A model generated the notes under the pieces. That model ran no database searches. It was not told the origin of the DNA and was given only the letters and a program-made list of their open reading frames with translations. From contig JBBTSB010000011.1 in NCBI GenBank assembly GCA_038064915.1, positions 1 to 52,799 of the forward strand: a stretch of 52,799 bases of DNA, read 5' to 3'. Each line of letters begins with the position of its first letter. Position 1 is the first letter of the stretch. The position numbers and the translations under genes are program-made. Positions 45,726 through 52,799 of this stretch are shown one piece after another. Source of the DNA: Patescibacteria group bacterium (lineage in GTDB: Bacteria > Patescibacteriota > Minisyncoccia > 2-02-FULL-40-12 > IGHO2-01-FULL-4-A).

Positions 45726-46071
45726 GATGAGAACGTTGAAGATCCTCGTCCAGGCGGTGCTGGTCGTATCCCAAGCAAATCATATCAGGTTGGTGAGTTT
45801 TTACCACTTCGTAGCTCCCCTGCACCTCATCACCGAGGACGACCGTCGCTTCGGGCACCCCATTTCGCCAAGGCTTCGCGGGGCGAAGAAAATTCCGCAC
45901 TGCGGCCATGCGCTCGTTTTCCGATATTTTTGGCGTTTTATTTTTAAGCTGTTGGACAACTAAGTCCCGTGCGACAACGACGATGAGCTCTCCCTGCTCC
46001 AGGGCTTTTTTCAAGAAATGCTTATGACCCTCATGCAGCCCATCGAATACCCCAAAGACCATCACTTTCAT
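45667..46071 (-). CDS. Cytidylyltransferase-like protein (RibL/FAD synthase-like)
   Basis: FGVFDGLHEGH HxGH motif, VVARD and LGYDQ. Confidence 0.85.
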   Translation of the reverse strand: MKVMVFGVFDGLHEGHKHFLKKALEQGELIVVVARDLVVQQLKNKTPKISENERMAAVRNFLRPAKPWRNGVPEATVVLGDEVQGSYEVVKTHQPDMICLGYDQHRLDEDLQRSHHEIRRYYVPKLSEAVSHQR

Positions 46072-46153
46072 CCCGTTAGAGTTCTACTGTAAACCATAGC
46101 AAAACTAGTCATAATAATTACTCTCACATTCGCCAAGAGAACTTTAACGGTAT

Positions 46154-46624
46154 TCATGCCAGAGAAAAGATAAAAAATCCTATCATGACAAGCGTCAAGA
46201 TCAGTTTTAGTAAGAGCGAGAGAAGAAAACCAACAAAGGTTCCCCCTCCAGCCATGAGAGCGTGTTTCTTGTTTCCATTCAGAAACTCTCCTGCCACAGC
46301 ACCCACAAACGGACCGGCAACGATACCGATAGGCCCCAAGAGAAAAGGACCGATGGCAAGACCCATGGCCGCGCCGGCCATGCCGTGTTTACTCGCGTGG
46401 TATTTTTTGGCACCAAGGAGGGGAAGCGCAAACTCCAGCAAAATGCTCAAGATCGTAAGTCCCAAAAAGACCAGAGTAGTCGTGAGAGAAATTTCTTTAA
46501 AATCCGTGCTATAGGCGTAGATAAAAAATCCCAGCCACGCCAGCGGCACGCCGGGAAGAAACGGCAACAAAACCCCCGCTAGTCCAATAATCATCAAAAG
46601 AATCACAATAATGAGAAGTGTCAT
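46154..46624 (-). CDS. DUF456-like membrane protein
   Basis: PFLPGVPL, LGAKKYHASK and GPFVGAVAGE; start MTLLII with TATACT 6 nt upstream. Confidence 0.85.
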   Translation of the reverse strand: MTLLIIVILLMIIGLAGVLLPFLPGVPLAWLGFFIYAYSTDFKEISLTTTLVFLGLTILSILLEFALPLLGAKKYHASKHGMAGAAMGLAIGPFLLGPIGIVAGPFVGAVAGEFLNGNKKHALMAGGGTFVGFLLSLLLKLILTLVMIGFFIFSLA

Positions 46625-46751
46625 GGAGCTAGTATACCACAAAGCGCCCGCGAGAGCACCGTGTGGGTCATCGAGTCGCGCGTTTTCTTTTTTTATGTTA
46701 TCAATAAAGCAGTTCCCACGAGGAATATCTCGAATCCGGAACGGAAAGGCG

Positions 46752-47003
46752 GTGGTAACCGTGTTGCTCCGTATCATCCGGCGCCCCCAGCGCCACAAGG
46801 TTTTCGTTTCCATACACGAAGTTCGCATGCCTGAACACGAAGAAAAGTCAGGTTGCGGATTTCTCCTCGCCCTTGGAAGGGAGGTGCCCAATGAGAAATG
46901 GCTCCATGGTCTCGCCGAGCTATTCGCCAGGCTTGACCCCGACTGGAACGGAAAAGGGCTCGTCGTTGAATTATGCATACCGAGTCTCGCTCTGGTCCGG
47001 TAG
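46752..47003 (+). CDS. Hypothetical protein (start uncertain)
   Basis: GC-rich open frame followed immediately by a terminator. Confidence 0.4.
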   Translation: MVTVLLRIIRRPQRHKVFVSIHEVRMPEHEEKSGCGFLLALGREVPNEKWLHGLAELFARLDPDWNGKGLVVELCIPSLALVR

Positions 47004-47011
47004 TCCCCCGA

Positions 47012-47048
47012 CCGGAAGCGGCCCGCCCACCGCTTCCGGCATTTTTGT
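47012..47048 (+). terminator. Intrinsic terminator
   Basis: CCGGAAGCGG-N8-CCGCTTCCGG followed by CATTTTTGT. Confidence 0.7.
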
Positions 47049-47142
47049 ATAAAATACTTTTCCCACCACAACGTGCTATTTCAGGTCACTTATTCTTTTT
47101 GCATAAAAGCGTCAAACTGATTATCGTATTGCCTTTATTTTG

Positions 47143-47541
47143 TCACCAATCTCCTTTATGGTATTCAGGTCCACGATAACGGCGAATCACCTCAATGAGT
47201 CGTTTGCGCTGGGTTTCGTCCTGAATTTTTGGGACTTGGCGCGATGCGGCATTAAGCATTTTCTCTTGATTATTGCCCACAGGATTATCAATCCGTTCAA
47301 TAAAAAAATCTACAACTTCCTGATCCGTCGCACGTTCCTGTTCTTCAGCTGGTTGTTGTTCTGGATCAATCCGTACTTCACCAAGTTTAACCGCTTCAAG
47401 CCATTTCTGCGTCGCCTCTTCAAGCCTTCCCTGACTGCGCAAAAGTTCCGCTTCATCCCAAAGCTGTTTTACACGTTCTTCCCGCGTAAGCTCTTTCCTT
47501 GACTTCCCAAATTCGGGACGCAATATATTATCTTTGGACAT
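47143..47541 (-). CDS. Hypothetical helical protein
   Basis: Charged open frame directly downstream of pyk. Confidence 0.6.
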   Translation of the reverse strand: MSKDNILRPEFGKSRKELTREERVKQLWDEAELLRSQGRLEEATQKWLEAVKLGEVRIDPEQQPAEEQERATDQEVVDFFIERIDNPVGNNQEKMLNAASRQVPKIQDETQRKRLIEVIRRYRGPEYHKGDW

Positions 47542-47568
47542 GGGTTATTTTTTTGATTTAATACCTCA

Positions 47569-48381
47569 TTATAGCGTGTGTCTCTCCAAGGAGCCGGGCA
47601 CATAGGATTCTGCCTCGACGAGGATTTTTTCCATGATGGCAACTGCTTCGACGGGATATTTGCCGCGTGCGGTTTCTTCAGACAACATCACCGCATCACT
47701 GCCCAGTAAAATCGCGAACGCAACATCGGTCACTTCCGCCCGTGTCGGCTCGGGATGATCCACCATGGAAAGCATCATCTGCGTGGCGGTTATCACCGGT
47801 TTCTTTGCGGCGCTGGTTTTCATGATGATTCTGCGCTCCACAAAAGGAACCTGTTCGATTGGAATATTTTGTCCCAAATCCCCACGCGCAATCATAATTG
47901 CATCACTGGATTCGATGATTTCATCAAGGTTGTCCAGGGCCTCCTGGCGTTCTATTTTTGCAATAATTTTTGGTGTATATGTTCCGGTGGGTAATTTCCT
48001 GCGAAGCTCATCAATATCGCGCGCATTGCCAACATACGACAAGGCAATATACTCAACCTGTTCGGCGAGACCAAATTCCAGATCGCGAAGATCTTTTTCG
48101 GTCAAAACTCCGGCTACAAGCTGTGCGTCTGCATCAAAGGCATGTCCACCCGTTTGTTGCACGCGCGGACCGGAAAGGTCTTGAATAATGGGAATGTGTC
48201 TTCCTATTTCTTGGGCCGCCGCGCGGGTGTTTGTTATGTATGAGCGATGCTCATCATACGTCCCCCAGGAAAAATTCAAACGCACTACATCGAGACCGCT
48301 CTTCAACATCTTTGACAATAACTCAACCGTGCCGCTTTTGGGACCTATCGTTGCTATGATTTGAGCTTTGCTGTTACTCAT
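47569..48381 (-). CDS. pyk: Pyruvate kinase, short form (270 aa)
   Basis: IIATIGP, RLNFSWG, DLSGP, IAKIER, MIARGDLG, ATQM, PTRAEVTD and MLSEETARGKYP. Confidence 0.92.
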   Translation of the reverse strand: MSNSKAQIIATIGPKSGTVELLSKMLKSGLDVVRLNFSWGTYDEHRSYITNTRAAAQEIGRHIPIIQDLSGPRVQQTGGHAFDADAQLVAGVLTEKDLRDLEFGLAEQVEYIALSYVGNARDIDELRRKLPTGTYTPKIIAKIERQEALDNLDEIIESSDAIMIARGDLGQNIPIEQVPFVERRIIMKTSAAKKPVITATQMMLSMVDHPEPTRAEVTDVAFAILLGSDAVMLSEETARGKYPVEAVAIMEKILVEAESYVPGSLERHTL

Positions 48382-49531
48382 GTGAAATTTGAATAAGTCG
48401 GTCTATTTTTGCGACACGTTCCGGCTGGCGTGGTACTCCACATTTCAGCCCCAGCGTACCAAACGCATACGCGATGTCCGCAATGGCCGAATCCAGAGTA
48501 TCTCCGCTCCGATGACTGACGATACAGTGAATATCATGAGTTCTAGCTAATTCCATTGTATTCAATGTTTCCGTCAGTGTACCGATCTGATTTGGCTTGA
48601 TAATCATAGCACGAATTGCGCCAGCCTTGATGGCTGTGTTGAGACGAGAAACGTTGGTTACGGTGAGGTCATCGCCGATGATTATGGAGTCGGTATTTTT
48701 TTGCAAAAGCGCAAAATCATCAAATGCTTCTTCCTGAAAAGGGTCTTCGACCGAGTAGAGATTATATTTCTTGATCAGCTCGCCATACAACTCGTGCATT
48801 TCCGACGGCGTGCGGTCACGGTCACCACAACGGTAGAGGTTTGTTTCTTTATCATAAAAAGACGACGCCGCAACATCGAGCCCAATTTTTACCGATGTAC
48901 CGAGTGATTTTATAATCCGCAATGGTTCCTCGGGGTCATCTGTTCGCACAATAATACCGCCTTCATCGCCCATTCCGCTCGCATACTGATCAAGTGCAAG
49001 CATAAACTCTTCGCCAATCTTTTTTGCTTCTGCGACATCATCTGTATCGGGAATAATATGGTACTCTTGAAATGCTGGACCACCTTTGGCATGTTTTCCG
49101 CCATTGATGACATTCATGAAAAGCATCGGCACGGTGCGCGAAGGTTTGATTGATCTCAAGGTTCTCAAATACTGATACAGCGGCACACCAGATACGACAG
49201 CCGCCGCTTTTGCCAATGCGATACTGACGCCAATCATAGCGTTTCCACCCAAATTTGATTTTTGTTGAGTACCGTCAAGTTCGAGCATTTTCTGATCAAG
49301 CTCTTTTTGTGCTGTAACGTCCATACCGATTAATGCCTTCGCGATTGTATCGTTTACCGAAGCGCATGCTTCTTGTACATCCAACACATGCGCCTCATGG
49401 GTTCCTGTGCTCGCGCCGGATGGTACTGCAAATGATCCAACAGAACCATCCTCGCATTCAACGATAGCTTTGATGGTCGGTTTACCGCGTGAGTCTTTTA
49501 TTTTTTCCGCTTCGATTTTTTTTATCTTCAT
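48374..49531 (-). CDS. eno: Enolase
   Basis: DSRGKPT, VPSGASTG, GDEGG, GDDLTVTN, KPNQIGTL and SHRSG motifs. Confidence 0.95.
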   Translation of the reverse strand: MKIKKIEAEKIKDSRGKPTIKAIVECEDGSVGSFAVPSGASTGTHEAHVLDVQEACASVNDTIAKALIGMDVTAQKELDQKMLELDGTQQKSNLGGNAMIGVSIALAKAAAVVSGVPLYQYLRTLRSIKPSRTVPMLFMNVINGGKHAKGGPAFQEYHIIPDTDDVAEAKKIGEEFMLALDQYASGMGDEGGIIVRTDDPEEPLRIIKSLGTSVKIGLDVAASSFYDKETNLYRCGDRDRTPSEMHELYGELIKKYNLYSVEDPFQEEAFDDFALLQKNTDSIIIGDDLTVTNVSRLNTAIKAGAIRAMIIKPNQIGTLTETLNTMELARTHDIHCIVSHRSGDTLDSAIADIAYAFGTLGLKCGVPRQPERVAKIDRLIQISHE

Positions 49532-50847
49532 TGATGATCAGTTAACAGTATGTACCAATCAGAAACGTTTGCCTGTGTTATGCCGGTATTTACATTACTC
49601 CCCAACTCTTCAAAAACCGTATAGGCATCAAACTTTTTCTTATATTCTTCTACATCAATTCCCGCTTTTTTGATATTCTCGTGGGTATGTTCGTCTATGA
49701 TAGATCCGGCTCTGTCCCCGTTATCAAGACCATCCGATGCGACAGCGGCAAAACATTGGCTTTTGCCCAACTTTGACAACGCTTCCAGTGCCAAAAAAGA
49801 ACACCGACCGCCTTTGCCATCTTTAGACGTCACCCTAAGACGTACCTCGCCGCCGCCAAACACTACGGTACCCGGCTTTGCAATGCCAAAGATTCGGCTC
49901 AATGTTTCAGTAGGCTCATCGTATATAGGCTGATTTAAAATTTGTGGGATAAATCCATACGCTCGTGCCACTTCACTCATAGCTTGGAGTGATTTTTCAT
50001 TTGATACAACAACAACATTTCTGATCTTTTCAAAAATGTGCGGATCCTTTGGAGTTTCCACCAGATCATAGCTCCCACTTGGATGATAGCGCTCTATTAT
50101 CTTGCGGGCATCTTCAATAGTAGAACTGTCATAGTACGTCGGCCCCGATGCAACTTCTTCAGGATGACCACCTACAATATCAGAAAAAATCAGACCCAGA
50201 GTAGTGGCAGGATAGAGAATCTTGGCCAACCCACCACCTTTTATTTTTGACAGGTGCTGGCGGACGATATTCATTTCTTTAATATCGGCACCCGCTTTTA
50301 CAAATTCTTTAAACAACGTCTCTCCATAGGAAAGTTCGGTCGTATCGGAACATAACAATGATGATCCTCCACCGGCCACAACCACAAATACCAAATCATT
50401 CTCATCGGCCTTTTCTGCCAATGCCAAAATCTCAGCAGTAGCTTCTATGTTTGCCTCCGACGGCATCGGGTGCGATCCCTGGTATGCTCTTACCGGATCG
50501 CAGGGAAAAATACTTTGATCAATGACGACACTGTCTGTAACCCACGATTGCAAGGTTTGCTGTAACTCAAAAACTGCACGACATGCGCCTTTTCCAAATC
50601 CGAGAATGTATACATTGGTATAACTATCAAGATCGATGGTAACCCCATCAATGGTCATCAGAGAATTCTGCAATTGAATCGCCGCATGTAAAATCTTTTG
50701 GGAATCGATGGCATCAAAACCGGCTTCAATGATTTCAAGCAATGCCGCTCGTTGAGGAGTCGTAGCTAGCTGGTGAAAATTTCTAATTCTGTGCTGTTCC
50801 AATGCCCATAGGATACCACGTTGCCAACTCCTTGTTAATAACCCCAA
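49528..50847 (-). CDS. Glycerate 2-kinase (DUF4147/MOFRL family); true start probably near 50802
   Basis: GFGKG, HPMP, GGGSSL, HLSKIKGGGLA, SDIVG, ASGPT, GGE, SDGLD and TGITQANVSD. Confidence 0.9.
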   Translation of the reverse strand: MGLLTRSWQRGILWALEQHRIRNFHQLATTPQRAALLEIIEAGFDAIDSQKILHAAIQLQNSLMTIDGVTIDLDSYTNVYILGFGKGACRAVFELQQTLQSWVTDSVVIDQSIFPCDPVRAYQGSHPMPSEANIEATAEILALAEKADENDLVFVVVAGGGSSLLCSDTTELSYGETLFKEFVKAGADIKEMNIVRQHLSKIKGGGLAKILYPATTLGLIFSDIVGGHPEEVASGPTYYDSSTIEDARKIIERYHPSGSYDLVETPKDPHIFEKIRNVVVVSNEKSLQAMSEVARAYGFIPQILNQPIYDEPTETLSRIFGIAKPGTVVFGGGEVRLRVTSKDGKGGRCSFLALEALSKLGKSQCFAAVASDGLDNGDRAGSIIDEHTHENIKKAGIDVEEYKKKFDAYTVFEELGSNVNTGITQANVSDWYILLTDHQ

Positions 50848-50930
50848 TTTGCCGTGGTCCCATATAAACCATCCCGGTTATCATCTGGACCAGAGAGGCG
50901 CCACAGAGGATTTCTTTTAGTTCTATGCTT

Positions 50931-52049
50931 TTATGGAATAGCTATATTTTGAACAGCTTCGGCAGCACGTTCAGCACCAACCACAGGAGTAAAGCTTTTC
51001 ATAATAATCTCACGCTTCATAGTTGAACTCAACAACTGCTCCGGTCCCCCTACGAGATCGCCTCGACGACTATACCAATCTCGGTATAATAAATGGAGAT
51101 CAACACCACTCATTTCAACTGCTACCAAAAAAATAGACTTGAATTTCACCCTACTTAGCGGATCTGCGGCCATGTTGGCGCGAACGATACGTAGCTGTTT
51201 TTCTTTCATCATCAAAACTTCGGGGTTAGTTGTAGAAACAAACTGAATACCGAAAAGTTCAGATGCTTTATTTCCGATCACAATATCAATTTTTTTTTCG
51301 ACGTCATATTCGGCTGGAGCGTGCACTGGGGTTATATCCATACCATCATCATCATTGGATATCTGCGTTAGCAAGCTAAGTGCCATTCTCTCTGCAAGCG
51401 ATCCTGAAGTCGATTGATCGGGTGACGTGCCAAGTTTTTCAAACAACTCATCATATGCATCGGCCTTTAAACTTGCTCCGCCAAGATTATGCCAATTTGT
51501 GGTTTCAATGAGAGAACAAATCCGCTCCCATTTTTGCGCAAACCTTCGCAACGTTTGTAAAAGAAAAATCTCGAGCTGAATATTGGAGGATGTACGATAG
51601 TCAAATGCATACTCAACTTCCCAAACAATACTAGCCTCCAATTGTCCTACCGTACAAGATATAAGTTCTCCGTGTGTTGATTCTACGACAAAACGATTAC
51701 TGCCTTTATCATAGAACGTATGTCGTGCAGTTTCCGGCCAAGTTATTTGCTCTGTTCTTGACAGTGCGTCGATTTTCTTACGCACTTCTTTATAGTCACG
51801 TTGAAGATCCTCCTCTAGCGCACGGGCTCTCTCAATAACGAGACTGCTAAGCGGTCCCTCCTGAATCTTGATCATTGCTAAACGATCCCTAACTGGATGA
51901 AGAAATTTTTTTAGCTCTTCAGTACTGGACATCAACGCCTCTCGATATTTTCGAGTTTCTAGAAGCTCTTGTTTTTTCGCATGCTTCTCGCTAACAACAG
52001 TATCCAATCTACGTTCTTTTTTCATATATCCCTGCATATAACGTATCAC
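50931..52049 (-). CDS. Hypothetical protein; C-terminal part resembles a PD-(D/E)xK-like fold
   Basis: Long ORF; E...DVEKKIDIV...GIQF pattern (weak). Confidence 0.55.
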   Translation of the reverse strand: MIRYMQGYMKKERRLDTVVSEKHAKKQELLETRKYREALMSSTEELKKFLHPVRDRLAMIKIQEGPLSSLVIERARALEEDLQRDYKEVRKKIDALSRTEQITWPETARHTFYDKGSNRFVVESTHGELISCTVGQLEASIVWEVEYAFDYRTSSNIQLEIFLLQTLRRFAQKWERICSLIETTNWHNLGGASLKADAYDELFEKLGTSPDQSTSGSLAERMALSLLTQISNDDDGMDITPVHAPAEYDVEKKIDIVIGNKASELFGIQFVSTTNPEVLMMKEKQLRIVRANMAADPLSRVKFKSIFLVAVEMSGVDLHLLYRDWYSRRGDLVGGPEQLLSSTMKREIIMKSFTPVVGAERAAEAVQNIAIP

Positions 52050-52083
52050 CTATCTACACAAAATTCTAGCACTTTACCAAATC

Positions 52084-52109
52084 AAAACGCGGGCCGGAGC
52101 CCGCGTTTT
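52084..52109. terminator. Bidirectional intrinsic terminator
   Basis: AAAACGCGGGC-CGGA-GCCCGCGTTTT. Confidence 0.85.
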
Positions 52110-52124
52110 AAAGACTAAAGGAGT

Positions 52125-52799
52125 TTACAGTACCGGCACAAAGAGATTCGAGTTGATAGTTTCTTGGTTGCACGCATATCCGGTCAGCGTCGTTGTGCTC
52201 ATTTTTGCGGCAAAATAGTCATAGTATGTACTGCCAGGATAATACGCGGTTGCAGGTTCATCGGCATATGAGTTATAGACAACGGTTCCCGGATAGAAGA
52301 TATCAATATACGTCATCACAAATGTGCCATTTGATGCCAATGACTCTCTTTGCTTGCGAACCTTGCCATCGCTGAAGAAGTAATGCTCTACCCAGTCCGG
52401 TCCTTTTTCTCCGGGGTTCATAAATGGCGATGCACAGTTGAGACTTAATCCGCTATCGAGGGCTTGCTGAAGCGTCCAGTCGTTTGGCTGAAGTACATTG
52501 ACCTGATCGAAGACATGGATCAGTACGGACTTATATGCGGTCTTTCCACCGGGACCCGTGCAATAAAGCATGTAGTACTTCTCTCCGGAAAGATTGCCGG
52601 TCGCAAACGTACCAGTGGTCGGCTGTACTCCAGTCAATCCATAGTAGCCGGTACATGATACCGCATCAACAGTACTCCATCGCAATGTGGTGCCAGAACC
52701 CCGGGTCAGTACTGTGTTGTCCGCAAAAAAATCGATAGTTGGTATAGGGCCGGTTGGTGTGGGTACTGGTGTCGGGGTAGGCGTGGAAGTTGGGGTTGC
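52125..52799 (-). CDS. Probable secreted protein, 5'-partial (Pro/Thr linker plus Ig-like module)
   Basis: Frame is open to the window edge: ATPTSTPTPTPVPTPTGPIPTIDFFAD...TTLRWST...YCTGPGG. Confidence 0.75.
   Translation of the reverse strand, partial: ATPTSTPTPTPVPTPTGPIPTIDFFADNTVLTRGSGTTLRWSTVDAVSCTGYYGLTGVQPTTGTFATGNLSGEKYYMLYCTGPGGKTAYKSVLIHVFDQVNVLQPNDWTLQQALDSGLSLNCASPFMNPGEKGPDWVEHYFFSDGKVRKQRESLASNGTFVMTYIDIFYPGTVVYNSYADEPATAYYPGSTYYDYFAAKMSTTTLTGYACNQETINSNLFVPVL

Noticed and set aside
46625-47071. Long N-terminal extension of the DUF456 ORF (and 33304-33630 for the 3-TM protein)
   Set aside because: Non-protein-like composition; better starts exist at 46624 and 33303.
50848-50910. 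Structured RNA upstream of the glycerate kinase
   Set aside because: Some pairing is possible, but there is no recognisable family, terminator or alternative fold; too weak without folding or covariation.
1-52799. CRISPR array, rRNA or IS transposase
   Set aside because: No regularly spaced repeats, rRNA-like sequence or transposase motifs were seen.
1-52799. Alternative genetic code (UGA as Gly)
   Set aside because: Many conserved genes end at TGA exactly where homology ends, often in ATGA overlaps, and long ORFs are intact under code 11.

Overview
This window looks like a Patescibacteria (CPR, Parcubacteria-like) chromosome segment. That is inferred from gene content, dense overlapping genes and leaderless starts; the genetic code is standard. 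From left to right: (1) a large serine recombinase whose 3' end runs antisense into tRNA-Lys(TTT) and which is bracketed by a 153-bp inverted repeat encoding an alternative C-terminus; (2) a PduO-type adenosyltransferase, a large secreted Ig/PA14/PKD protein and a GC-rich lipoprotein cassette; (3) a candidate small-molecule synthesis and sensing locus (Leu/Phe/Val dehydrogenase, PaaK-like ligase, Rv1355c-like ThiF, TrmB, Acg-like nitroreductase, 7TM histidine kinase, receiver) that runs directly into a type IV pilus operon with a receiver-PilB fusion, a second PilB, PilC, four pilin-like genes and a TraD/HerA-like ATPase; (4) a ~20-kb minus-strand tract with seven paralogues of a ~530-580 aa Cys-rich zinc-ribbon/solenoid protein, interleaved with VIT1, MsrA, Nramp, KilA-N, GGDEF and SPFH genes; (5) a glycerate kinase-enolase-short pyruvate kinase operon. 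Non-coding highlights are a leader-peptide attenuator at ~10.7-10.9 kb, a duplicated promoter/operator, identical patches shared by the two pilB genes, and in-frame palindromic and heptamer insertions inside genes. All calls were made by eye; no database searches were run.
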